Source of the DNA: Octopus sinensis | Lineage: Eukaryota | Direction of reading: 5' to 3' | DNA length: 64,000 nucleotides | Assembly: GCF_006345805.1 (NCBI RefSeq) | Contig: NC_042998.1 | Location: forward strand, 87,730,001 to 87,794,000 | In this document: positions 42,036 to 54,197 of the stretch, piece after piece | Position numbering within the stretch: position 1 is the first letter of the stretch | How the letters are laid out: every line of letters begins with the position of its first letter | Made by a program: the position numbers and the translations under genes | The notes under the pieces: model-generated | The model's database searches: none | What the model was told of the DNA's origin: nothing | The model's input: the letters and a program-made list of their open reading frames with translations, nothing else

Positions 42036-42559
42036 TCCCGTCGCTAGAAGGTGGTAGGGGTTCGCTCCCCTGCTCGCAATATCTCAGATGCAGCTGTGCA
42101 TCGTTAACCAGATAGAGGAGAGGTCCTCTTGGGGTTAAAAAGTCGCAGTAAAGTCCGTTCGAACGGACAGCCATGTTGAAGTGTCTACAAACATTACTTG
42201 TAAAACCAAATTTTCTCAAAACAACTTGTCCGACCTTTGAGAAACACTGATTTAACCTAAATTTGAGACACCAGCAAAAGAAGAAATAAAATTAGACTTT
42301 TTTTCTATTCCAAAGGAAAACTATTTTATTCACACAAATATGCAACCGAAGATTTTAAAGTACCAGTAATGATAAGGTTGTTGACTGGGAGAACACAAAC
42401 ATGGTTTAAACAGTAAGCTTGGTAAGAAAGAAATGTGCCTTTAAGCAGTGCAAAAACAACAAAAAATGGAAGGTTCAGTTATGTACAGGTTGACGCAAGA
42501 AAAGCAGGACAAAAGCGATGCATGTAAATGGGTTAGCTGGAAGTAAATCTAGATGGAAA

Positions 42560-42820
42560 AGCATGATGATTTTTTCCGCAAACTGCACGTGCATTTTTCT
42601 CGCGTACGCGTAGTATCGATCGCAACAGCTAATGTACTTGCGCGTATAAAGGCACGTTCCTACGGCTTTATCGATCGATTCTCACCTGAAATTTTTTCAA
42701 GACTTATACACGCCCTGATACCGTCGGTATCTACATATCAAATGTGAGCGCAATCGGATGGAGGATGCCCGAGATCCTAGAAGACACACACACAGACAGA
42801 ACGGATTTTATATAATAGAT
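42560..42820 (+). mobile_element. Possible non-autonomous Helitron-like 3' segment
   Basis: aaatgtgagcgcaatcgg, then a CA/GACA microsatellite, then ttttatataatagat. This resembles my recollection of Lep1-type elements; weak evidence. Confidence 0.35.
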
Positions 42821-43486
42821 ATTTATGTATGTATGTATGTATGTATGTATGTATGTATGTATGTGTGTATGTGCAGAGTGAGTGCCTCAGCAGGCTGATG
42901 TAACAGAAATTGAGTTCACATGCACAGATATGAAAATTTAAAAAAAGACAAAGAAATATTTTCCTATTCCAACATTCATTCAAATTGACTTAAGATGCTC
43001 CGTTGTAGATAAATATTTTTCGATATCGTGGTACACCAGCGGATAATTGCATAGAGATACCAAAACTGTACAAGATCATAATTTTCAGTAAAATACCTTC
43101 CAGACAAATTATATGCGTGCTCCAAGTATATAGTTATAGAGGTCCGTTTAGAAATCCTCAAGAAAAGGGTTTCGGGTAGTAACATTAATAATTATAAAAT
43201 CTCAAAATATATAAAACACACATACACACACACGCACACACATGGGTGAGCATATGCATATAGGCACATGTGCGTGGGTGTGCGTGCGCGCATATGTATG
43301 TATGTACATGCGCGTATACGCGATCTCTATGAGCCCTTTTACTTCTTTACCTTTTTACTTTCTCCCCTTCGGTTTTTCTGCCTTAATTAACGGTCATTCT
43401 AATAGCTCTTTTGTCTTAATAACAGTCAATTACATAGTAATATCCCTTTGTTTAACGGTCATTTTCATAGCAATTTTTGATAGTCT

Positions 43487-43549
43487 TGATAACTGACGAG
43501 ATGCCGGAGTAGTTTTCCACCCCGACATCCGAAACTCGGAGTCTTATTA
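43487..43549 (+). ncRNA. Type I hammerhead ribozyme motif, probably a Penelope-terminus remnant
   Basis: Stem I TGATAA/TTATTA. Core CTGACGA at 43493-43499. Long stem II GATGCCGGAGT/ACCCCGACATC with two mismatches and one extra C. GAAA at 43531-43534. Stem III ACTC-G-GAGT. GTC with predicted cut after 43543. Confidence 0.75.
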
Positions 43550-44676
43550 TGGTAACCGAATAATTGTCACATATTATATTACAGATAAATACATGAAACT
43601 ATATGCACTACTTTGTATGTGGGTATAGGAACGAATATGTATGTATACGGGAGTGAATACACTTACTAATTTTTCTAATCGCTCCAAGAAAAGGATATAA
43701 AAGCTAGACGGTCATAAATTAACTTCAAATAGAGACTGATTCTAGTGTAGAGTGGAGCCAACAGAAAGGTACAGGGCAATTTAGATCTTTCTAGGAAACA
43801 GCTGACAGTTTCTTTATTTTTGTGTTTCGTATTTTGATTGTAATTATATTTTGTCAATCACTATATCTAAAGGTTTAGTTTTGTCTGTAAACTGCTGAAA
43901 ATAACACATTCCATTGAGTATGCTTTCTCACACTGTGAAATGAGAGTATGATCTAAAGAAGGACTTATTTAAACAATCACCTAGGAAAAGGCGTATCTTA
44001 CACCTTGAATGGGTGATAGTGATTACACATGTTAATAATATCGTCTCACCGGTGTACTACGAGTGTAAAAAGGTGTCGAAACAATTGTAGTGATTTTAAA
44101 TAAAGAATGTCGTTCAATCCGTTTTCTATCATTTATCAATTTATAAACGCACGCGCGCGCACACATGTATGTATGTATGTATGTATGTCTGTCTGTATGT
44201 ATGTATGTATGTATGTATGTATGTATGTATTTCATGGAATCAGAAAGGAAATTTGGGACGTGTATAATTTTGCAACCAGCATTATCGGGTACAGATACTG
44301 AGATTCAGATTTATTTCACCAAAAATGTTATTTCTACTTCACTGCAGTTATAATTTCGGGTTTATAAAGAAAGTGAGTTTGTGATTTTTATGTATTCCTC
44401 AAAAGAAATATCAGTGTAATTCATGTCAAATATCTTCAAGTGGGAACCAAAACAAATCACAAACTTGTTCTACAATAAGCTTAGCCTACATTTCCCAACA
44501 CTTTCTTTACGCATTCAATATTAATCTTGCTGACGGCGACTACGACATACAAATTAAATTACAACACTAAAGAGATTCATTATATTCCAGAAAATCTCAT
44601 CCTTAATGATAGTGTATAACACGTAAGAGAGGGTAAATAGGATATATACAGATGATCGAGTAGTTTTCCTAATATA

Positions 44677-45907
44677 TTAGGTTGTCTCACATGAAATGAG
44701 TTTTAAATGGGTTTCTTACGAGTTATATATAAATGAATTTTTAATGAGTTTCTATGCACATGCTTGTGTTTACTCTTAACTCTTTTTCTTTCTACACAAT
44801 ATTATTATTCAAAATTGCTACCTACAGCTTTTCTGACAATATTGACAACTGAACAATACCGAGGGATTTTTTTGTATGAATGCAAGTTGGGTCACTCTGC
44901 CACTGAAGCTCTACGAAACATCAAGCGGGCTTTTAGTAATGATTCTGTTGAGATTAGTATTGTTCAGAGATGGTTACAAAGATTTCGTTCAGGAAATGAA
45001 AGCCTTAAAAATGAACCATGAGGGAGACCAAAATCAGTTATTCGGCATGGTGAATTGAATGCTTTGGTTAAACGAAATCCGAGAACAATGATCCGAAAAA
45101 TCGGATCAGAGCTCCAGACATCTCCCGCAATTGCTTCTCGACACTTGAAGAAAATTGGAAAATCAAAAAGATGGATGGTTTGTTCCCCATCAACTTAGTG
45201 AGATTCAAAGAAACAGACGTCTTACAGTATGTTCCATGTTGATTTCTCGTTTGGAAAGGGAACCATTTTTGTATCGACGTGTGATGAGAAGTGGATACTC
45301 TTTGATAATAGCAGGAGGAAAGGACAGTTGTTATATGCAGGAGAGTCACAAAAACACTAACCAAAACCACCACTGCACCCTAAAAAGTTGATGGTTACTG
45401 TATGGTGGTCAACAAAGGAGATTATTCATTATTCCTTTTTACAACAAGAAAAAACTGTAACAGCAACATCCTATTGTCAGAAAATTGATTGTATGCATGA
45501 GCAATTAAAAAAGAAGCAACCCATTAGTGAATAGAGATGGCCCAATTAAGCTTCATGATAATGCACGGCTTCACACTTCTCAAGCTAAATTATGAAATTT
45601 TGGCACATCCTCCCTATTCTCCTGATATCTCTCCTATTGATTATCACATATTTAAACACTTCGAGCTTGCTATACGCAATAAAGCATTCTTAAATAAAGA
45701 AGAGGTAATTGAAGCATTCAAACAGTTTATCAGTGTAAAAGATGGCAAATTCTTTGAAGATAGAATATATACCTTAAAGGAACGTTGGATGAAGGTCATA
45801 AATGAATAACGATCATATTTTGATTAAATAAATAAATATTCTAAAATTTAAAAAGCAATTTTAATGTTTCCTTTTTCAAATGCGACATTTCATGTGAGAC
45901 AACCTGA
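44677..45907 (+). mobile_element. Full-length decayed mariner transposon
   Basis: TIRs TTAGGTTGTCTCACATGAAATG and reverse complement TCAGGTTGTCTCACATGAAATG, TA on both sides. Transposase motifs WFVPHQL, CDEKWIL, LHPKKLMVTVWW, LHDNARLH and HPPYSPDISPIDYH are broken by frameshifts and stops. Confidence 0.95.
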
Positions 45908-47964
45908 TACATACATACGTACATATACATATATTTATATATGTGTGTATGTGTGTGTGTGTATCTGTAATATGCATGCGCGTGTGTTATTCTATTGAAC
46001 CCGATATGATAAAAGACTGTGATAACTTTAGCAGGAATTGAACCATGGACTATATTTAAATATCCACTATCCAAAGATACTTGTATCATATTTATGCTAT
46101 TCAGATTTCTTTCAACTAAGAGTAACATCAAATTTTCAGAAACGTTTAAATTCTGTGAAAGTATATTCTATGTATTTATCTTATTAAGAAAAGGTAAAAA
46201 AAGAGAAAAAAATGGACGGACTGGCAAATTTACTTGAGATTTGGATTAAATCATTACGATATTCGTTCTCACTCTTTGTGCTCTGAGTTCAAATCTTGTT
46301 AAGGCAGCTTTGTCTTTTCATCCTATCAGGGTCGATAAAAATTACGAATCCAGGCTGATATATTGGCGGAATTGTTTGAGCATCGGACGCCATTTCTGTC
46401 AGGAATTGTGACAGACGGTTAGCATCAGAAATTTAAATTAAATATAAAAAAAGATAAATAAATCAATGGAAAGAAATTTGGCTTTTGTATTTCCTTCACC
46501 AGATTCTTGATGTGAACGTGTGTGTTGAAACAGATTTTGTTGTGTCCCTGGAGGGGCATTATGCAAATAATCAACATACGTACTGGTTCTTTTTTACTTC
46601 TCTAGTTTTAGTAGTAAATTAGTTAATATTTAACAAAGCAACTAATCGATTGTTAGATTAATAATTCGGTCTATCTGCTAGGTTTGTCAGGCGTGAAGCA
46701 GATCCGAAGTAGAGAGGGCATGACATTGATGAGGTCTCGAATGGTGACGACAAAGCTTTCATAAACCTAGCTGATTGATTGATCGAACGAAGAATCAAAC
46801 AGTCGATCAAATGATAACTAATTCATAAATAATAAAAGAAGCTATATAGGATCAGTGCGTGTGTTTATTATTGGTATAATGACCCACTCGAGATACAGCA
46901 AAATGGAAAAATAGCTTCCTAGGTTCGGTCAGAAGATTGATAACCACAACTCCACCCACTTATTTCATTTACCCTGTAAGAAAGAGCGGAAACACGGTGT
47001 CAGTGTGATTCGAAATCAAAGTGTAACGCCTCTCATTCTACCCCCTACTATTTCCGTCACATCAACCAGTATTAAATGTTTTATGAAATATTAACCATTG
47101 TCAGAATCCCATAATGCTGGAAAGCAATATTTAGTATGTACATGTCTCTAACATTATCCAAATCAATGCTTATTAGAATATTTCGCACGATTTTCTAGTT
47201 AATAACAGACATCCGGATATTGCTGTTGTAGATTCATGCAATGGACTTTACTTTAAGTGAGATAATCTATTAGCTCAATGTTTTATAATGGCTCATGCAT
47301 AAGCCATGGAATAGAATGTGGAAATAAAATAAATCAAGCTACAAAACTGTTTAGTTATTTCATAATCACATAATAATGATCTTTCAGCGTTAGATTTTTA
47401 CACTGGTATTAACGAATTTATTCTTGACAGACGTAAATAGCTGATCTATAGCAACACCGTAGATTTATTATTTACTTTCCTTGTAAGGTGACTAATAAAG
47501 AGAAGCAGCAGATTGCTGTCGTAGATGATTTGTAGCAATTACCAAAACAGAAAACATTGAATGAAACACTCTACAGTAGCTATAAGTTTCTATAAGTTAT
47601 GTTTGTGTTCAAGTCGAAGTGGAATCGACTTTCTTCTTTTCTCCTGCTTGTGAGGCCAATAAATTAACTTGTATTAATTCACGCTATCTCCTACAAAAAT
47701 TGGTCTTCAACGTTGTTTAAAAAGTAAATAAATAAAATAATAATAATAATAATAATAATAATATAATAATAATAATTCACTAGAATTATAGAGAATTATA
47801 GAGAATTATTATTATTATTAATGTTGTTGTTGTTGATGTTGCTGTTGTTTTAAAATTCCAAAACATAGCAAGCAGTTATCAACCACTTAAATTTTAATTT
47901 GTTGTCTGTTGAGGTTTCTGGGTGAGACTTGGAGTTAACTTGTATAAGCATAAAGCAAAATCCA

Positions 47965-47967
47965 AAC

Positions 47968-48028
<61 letters not shown>
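47965..48028. repeat. (TAA)n microsatellite
   Basis: Direct reading. Confidence 0.95.
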
Positions 48029-48031
<3 letters not shown>

Positions 48032-48080
48032 CATCGAAAATACATTAGGAATGAGAACACTGGTTCGAAATTTCCCCCAA

Positions 48081-48126
48081 GACACCTGATGAAGGCTGAA
48101 GGGTATATCAGCCGAAAATTTGTATT
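48081..48126 (+). ncRNA. Minimal type I hammerhead motif in a short repeat
   Basis: Stem I GACAC/GTATT (one mismatch, one wobble). Core CTGATGA at 48086-48092 plus an extra A. Perfect stem II GGCTGA/TCAGCC. GAAA at 48114-48117. Palindromic 2-bp stem III AATT. Predicted cut after T48121. Confidence 0.65.
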
Positions 48127-49399
48127 AACCACAAAGAAGAAGAGGATAAATATCCATCAAATGTAAATAACGTATCTATATTTAGTTTCCTTTTCAATAA
48201 AGGTCTTATGCAAAATTATATTGCGACTTTTGTTTCTCTCGATTATCACGGAAGCGTGTATGTCTATGCTTAATCGAAATCTTTCTATTTTCTAATTTTT
48301 TTCGTCATTGAGAAGTGTACATATATTTCCAATCGGATTGTAATTGGTTTTAGCATGTATGAAGTAACTGCAAACGAACCCCTGCTAACAATTTCATCAG
48401 AATTGGATACTGCTTTGGGATAATGTTTTTCTTCCAGGATGATTATATATCGAGTAATTTGAATGTAAGTGACCGAAAATTTCTTAGCATTTAATGAGAT
48501 ATTTTTAATGAATTTTGCATAAAATCTCTTTGTATATTACACATCTTAAAAATGTATAAGTAGATTAAAAATTCTCTCCTGCCAATAGATAATCACTGGC
48601 GATGCTTAGGAGACGATATTATGTGCAAAAATGTATAGACATTACTGAACCCAATATTGTTTCTTGCGAAGTTGGCACATTACCATTGTTTAAAAGAAAT
48701 GCGTAATTACGTACACAGGAGAACGTTCATATGGATATAAATTAGTCTAGTTTGCAGGACGGTCTATATGGAATAGAGAAGGTCATGTATTTAGGAAAAA
48801 GCAACGCTTCAATGAGTCTATAAAGTTCATTGTTCATTACGAAATGTTACTGCTGATTCCCGATTGAGGCTGGCTCCAAGAAGATTTTGTTTATCATGAT
48901 TTAGGATTTTCACATTTTTGGCAGTTTGCCTTGTTCGAGTTTATAATATAAAAATAGTTTCATCAGTTTAGGCGTTTGTGATGTTGTTATTCCTATAGTT
49001 GTTGTTATAGAGATTGTTTGTAGCCAGAATAAAGAAAAGGCTTATATAATGGAAAAGGTTGTTGTTGTTGTTATTGTTGTTGTTATACAAAAGTTACTGC
49101 ACGCTAATTTGATTAGTGAGAATGCTTATCTTGAGACTTAGTGACAACAAGTCTCCTCAAATCTCAAGAGTCTATCTCCGAATTTTTTTTTTAATACAGG
49201 ATGGCTCCTTTCTGCAGATCGACAATAGTTTTTTTTTCCAATTCTTGTTGCTCAAGAACAAACCTCCGTTTCCGGTTTTAAATCACTTTTAGTCATTCAT
49301 AGTCATCATTTTTCTGTTTCTCTTTTCTTCAACATCCTATGAAATAGTCCATGCATTCTTCTTCTTCTTCTTCTTCTTCTTCTTCTTCTTCTTCTCTTC

Positions 49400-49442
<43 letters not shown>

Positions 49443-49444
49443 TA

Positions 49445-49720
49445 TTATTTAGAAATTTCAATCTGGTGGTTTTATACCGATTACTTCTTTCTCCCCTTAT
49501 ATTTCAAAAACATTCATTAGATTCCAAACTGACCACAACAGTGATGTCTTCTGAAAGAGTTCAGTACGTATTCCGATTCAAAATCTCGCAGTCTTCCTTG
49601 ATTTATTAATTGGCCACTAATTGCTGGTATGACTTCATCCTTATTCATGCGCCATATTTTGTAAATTTCTCTCTGTATTTATGGATAATTTTCAATTTTT
49701 CCTTTTTCCCTTTTCACTCA
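49445..49720 (-). mobile_element. Old Dong/R4-like 3' end
   Basis: Minus strand: EIYKIWRMNKDEVIPAISG...LFQKTSLLWSVWNL, similar to the ends of the other Dong/R4 copies. The tail runs into (TAA)(TGA)(GAA) repeats. Confidence 0.5.
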
Positions 49721-50519
49721 ATTTTTTATTCCTTCATGATACTACATCAATTATCCAACAAAATCTTTTCTCTTTTCCAACAATAACAACGATATCAGGT
49801 CATTTTTCAATAATAACAATATCAGGTTAGTCTTCAACAACTACAACATCAGTTCTTTTATTTAACCATAACAATATCAGGTTATTTTTATCAACAGAAT
49901 CAATATCAAGTATTTTTATCAATAACAGTGTCACGTCTATTATCATTGTTATGTTTCTTATTACTGTTGTTGTTGTCTTCGTCCTTGTCGCCATCATCAT
50001 CATCGTTGTTGTTGTTTTGTTGTTTTATTATCATTCTGGAAAGATGTGTTGCAAATCCACCCCCACTACGTTTGGATTGTATTTTGTTGATTCTTTTCAA
50101 AGCTGGATGAATGTTTTCTGTGTCATATCACATAGAACCATCACTAAGATATTGGACAAAATTCTTTTTATTTTGTTTTACCCATTTTAAGCAAAAAGAC
50201 AATTTTGAACACGATTTTGTTTCAGATTGTTTACATTCAACACATAATTTTAACAAGAGGTAGAGGCAACTTTCACACTTATACAAAAAACAAACAAAAA
50301 TAAAATAAATATATAAATAAACAAACAAATAAATAAAACGAAGAAAAATACATCACATCAAGAAACAGGCAATTTGAATGGAAAAAGTTAATTACATTTC
50401 TGTTGATAACGATTGCATTGAAAATAATTGTAATGACTTGCATGACATTGCCATGCGAGTCACTAAACAATGATTTCACACCTTTGCACATATAACCTCA
50501 CATATTCACTCCCAATATG

Positions 50520-50960
50520 CAAATCTTGGCTATAGGCATAATCTTGTCAGAGAAAAAAGTCTGGAAGCGGTGCTTTACAATGTACAGTGTTTCATTCTCC
50601 GAGGAAATTGTCCAAAAGTGTTCGAGAAGAAACGTGACATATATCAAGAAAGGGCACTTTCTATACGTGTTGTTCAGTGATCGAGGATTTATGACTTTTG
50701 GAATTTTGTCAAACAGATTATCGGCAGAGTTCTTCATGAAGATCGACAGCATTTTCTTCTCTCTGGTGCCTATGGTGACAGAGGCTGTGCAATGGGTGCG
50801 AGTGAGAGACATAAGGAGAAATGAGAGAAACATTTTCCACTTTGGCCAAGCTGTCGTCAACTTTTTCAAGTTCTACCTCAAGTGAAACGTAAGAGCGTAG
50901 AGGAGGGTGTTGCCTTTCTGTAAGATTGTCGAAAGGGTGCGGTGGGAGTAGCAAGTGTGA
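50520..50960 (+). mobile_element. Old L1/Tx1-like ORF2 C-terminal fragment
   Basis: RLSAEFFMKID...VTEAVQWVR...FGQAVVNFFKFYLK*NVRA*RRVLP aligns by eye with the 41448-41700 peptide. Confidence 0.6.
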
Positions 50961-51410
50961 TCTGAATGAGTCTTACTTTCAGCATGCGTCTATTGACCAG
51001 GAATGTGAGATTGGAGAGAGCTCTTACTTGTGGTGATCAGGGAATTCCAGAGAGGGTTTTGAGTGGAACACGATGTCATGAGACACCATCTCGCATTTTA
51101 AAGTTGTTTATACCAGCTCCCTTTTCCTTCATGCATTTGGATTCTGAGCGATCTACGATATTTTTTAAACTTCTCTCTGCAATATTACCTCATTCGTTGT
51201 CCCTATCACAATTATAGAAAAGATTAACGCTTTATGTTGTTTATTCCAGGGCTTTAGTTTTTCAGTTCTGAAATCTCCAGGGTCAACTTTACTTTCACCC
51301 CACCCCAACCAGAGCCGATAAAATAAATTCCGTTTGAGCACTAAGGTCGAATTAATTGATTAACTCCCTCCTCCCTTTAGCAAAGTTTTAAACCTTTACT
51401 ATTTTTATTC

Positions 51411-51620
51411 TTGGCGAGATAGCAGAATAGTTAGTACGCCAAGAATAATGCTTAGCGGCATTTCGTCCTTGTACACGTTGTGAGTTCAAATTCTGCCAAG
51501 GTCGACTATGCCTTTCATCCTTTCGGAATCAATATAATAAGTGTCAGTCGAGCACTGGGGGTTGATGTACTCGACTTACTCCTCCCCCAAATTGATGGCT
51601 TTGTGCCAAAAGTTAAAAAC
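51411..51620 (+). mobile_element. SINE family B
   Basis: Head ggcgagatagcagaatagttagtacgcc, gagttcaaattc box and a family B tail. Confidence 0.8.
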
Positions 51621-51632
51621 ATTATTGTTGTA

Positions 51633-51810
51633 TTCTTTCTCTTTTAAGCACAAAGCCTGAAGGAGAGAAGGATAGTCGATTCCATCGACTCCAGTGCTTA
51701 AGTGGTACTTTATTTTATCGACTCTGAAAGGATAAACGGCAAAGTAAACATCGGTGTTATTTGAACTCAGAACGTAAAGAGTCGTAGAATACCGTCGGAC
51801 AAAATGGTTA
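51633..51810 (-). mobile_element. SINE family B, tail-to-tail with the previous copy
   Basis: tttgaactcagaacgtaaag and the family B tail on the opposite strand. Confidence 0.75.
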
Positions 51811-53536
51811 GCAACTTTTCGTCCGTCTTTATCTTCTGCGTTCAAATTTCGCCCAGGTCGATTTGCCTTTCATCCTTTTTGAGCCTCATTCCAAATTTTT
51901 TGTGCCTATAGCAGAAAAGATTAAAATTATTAATACAAAAGTATTAACAATCTTTCTTTTATTAGCTTTACTAGGCCTAGGAAAAAAGAAAGTTTAAACA
52001 TGAGCCAAATCCAGTCCAAGAAGGAAGCGTGAAAGCAGCATATCACCAAAATGTGTATCTCTTTGCTTGACTAAATTTTCCTTTAACAGACAGAGGAGGA
52101 GAAACATACTTCTGCTACACGAAGTCTGAAGGTGGTTTCTGTATTCCCTTATATACACAGCGAAAAAACATCCTAGACGATGTGTAACACTATGTATGTC
52201 TTGATATATACTCCACTGATAGAGCTAGGGCATAAGGAAGTGTGCTTCTGGTCATAAGAAATGAGCATGAAGCAAAGAAGCAAACCGAACTGGTGCCCCA
52301 TACACACGTTCAAAGGCTGGTGCCGCAATACATTTGACGGGACCAGGTGGTACTACAAAAATGCTATTATTTCTACTTGGAAAGGGGTGTGCTCTTCCTC
52401 AGCGAAAATGTCGAGAGTGGGAGGAACTACTACGCTCCACATGCATCTATGAGTCGGAGAACAACAATTGTGTGAGGGCTCTTGTTCTTGGTGAAAATGG
52501 TGATCTTGAATCTGTGAGGTTCCCTGAACAGTGTCAGTTGAAGATCCTGCTTTAGCAATAGGATCGTTTCAGCCATTGATTTGTGTATTACGTATTACTT
52601 TTTATCCCTTTCCTCTGTCCCTCCTCATCCGAGTTTGCCTGCTCCCCACCCAATGAAGGGATTTGTTTTTGTAATTACCCATTTATCTAATATCCATGTG
52701 ACAAATAAAAGAAATCATTATCAACGTCGTCGTCGATTCAGCATCATCATCATCATCATCGAAATCATAATTATTGAATGTTAAAGCGAGAAGCGAGGAA
52801 ATATGTTTTCCTATCCCTGAGAATGTCTTTAATTTTTATATTCTTATTTTGTTATCAGCTACTACTGGAGGAAAATACTTTATGTTTTGATAATTTTCCA
52901 AAGAAGAAACTTCCTGAGTGCAGTGGATGTGCATGCAATCTCAAATTAAAGGTAAAGCTCTGTTATTTTTTTGACATAACGTTATTCTTCTGTTCTGGTT
53001 GTATTTCATTTTGATAAGTTTCCTCATCAGAAAGATACTTTTCGAAAAAAGGTAAATAAAAACACAGCTACACAGAGCAAAAATATAATCGAAATAATCA
53101 TAATAAAACAACTTTAATTTCACAAGAAAACTCACGAAGAATATAATTATATTTCAATAGTCAAAAACATCATCTTGAACAATTTCAAACACGTTATAAG
53201 AAGAAAAGCACTCTCTCACACGTGCATATATTTTACCAAAGAATATAAACTATTACAATGAGCAAATGTGCTGTTTTGCACTGAGCAACATAGATTCGAT
53301 TGCTAGCAATAATTCTGTGATAGTTGCTAGTGATACAGAAGGATATGTATGACCTAGCAGAGGCAAGATCTGTGTGGCAATATGTCTTTATTTAAAGATA
53401 AAATGAAAAGTCACATGTACCTGCATCACCAAAAACAAGGCAGATTTTTTCAAACATACCTACCTACATACATACATATATATATATATATATACATACA
53501 TACACACATGCATACATACATATACACTTATACAGT

Positions 53537-53573
<37 letters not shown>

Positions 53574-53576
<3 letters not shown>

Positions 53577-53717
53577 TGGTTGTATACTGTCAACTTAACG
53601 TGACAGTCCCCTAAGGGGATTACCACACCGCTATTTAGTCCTAGGAAGCATCGTAATTTCCCTAGGTGTAATTCCCTTACGGGACTGTCACGTTAAGTTG
53701 ACAGTATACAACCACTC
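53574..53717. mobile_element. 144-bp MITE with 37-bp perfect TIRs
   Basis: GAGTGGTTGTATACTGTCAACTTAACGTGACAGTCCC at 53574-53610 has its exact reverse complement at 53681-53717. Both sides are flanked by TAT. Confidence 0.9.
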
Positions 53718-54197
53718 TATCGCTCCACCACCGCACATATCTCTATGAGATATTTAGAAATGTAATATTTCTGATATATATATATGCATATACATAAACA
53801 TATAAGTATGTCTATAGGTATACACAAACATCAACAATAATTATTTTCTCTCAATTACACGCGCCCTCTCTCTCTTTCTCTTTCACTCTCTCTCTCTTTC
53901 TTTCTCTCTCTCACACACACACAAACACACACATACAGGCACACACATATGCATATGTATGTCTTGACATATGGTTTAAAATCTTTCCTCCTTATCGTAG
54001 TATATAACTTGCCCCTGTTCTATAAGCACGTTTTATGTATTTAAGAATGGATTCATGTAGCTGCCTTTCATTTATTTTAGGGATGAATGAAGTCAATAAA
54101 AGAAAGTACTGCGTCGATATAATTGACCACTTTCTTTTCCTATAAAATTGCTTCCAATAAAACCCTTTTCTATTTAATTGTTAGCCTTGTGTGTAAG

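Larger units (their letters stand above)
41238..42199 (+). mobile_element. Candidate non-LTR retrozyme: ~359-nt HHR-containing unit, ~1.2 copies, interrupted by a Tx1 fragment
   Basis: 68-bp direct repeats at 41238-41305 and 42132-42199 (5 mismatches). HHR at 41986-42035. Long-range pairing between 41403-41415 and 42070-42082. Several local hairpins. Starts at a short (TA)n tract. Confidence 0.7.

Noticed and set aside
49777-49925. CRISPR-like array
   Set aside because: The units are contiguous and degenerate with no unique spacers, and the context is eukaryotic.
52230-52460. Possible third Tx1 ORF2 C-terminal remnant
   Set aside because: Only a short, weak resemblance to 50890-50945.
53005-53035. 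CTGATGAGGAAAC on the minus strand
   Set aside because: The two core halves are adjacent with no stem II, and there is no stem I or III.
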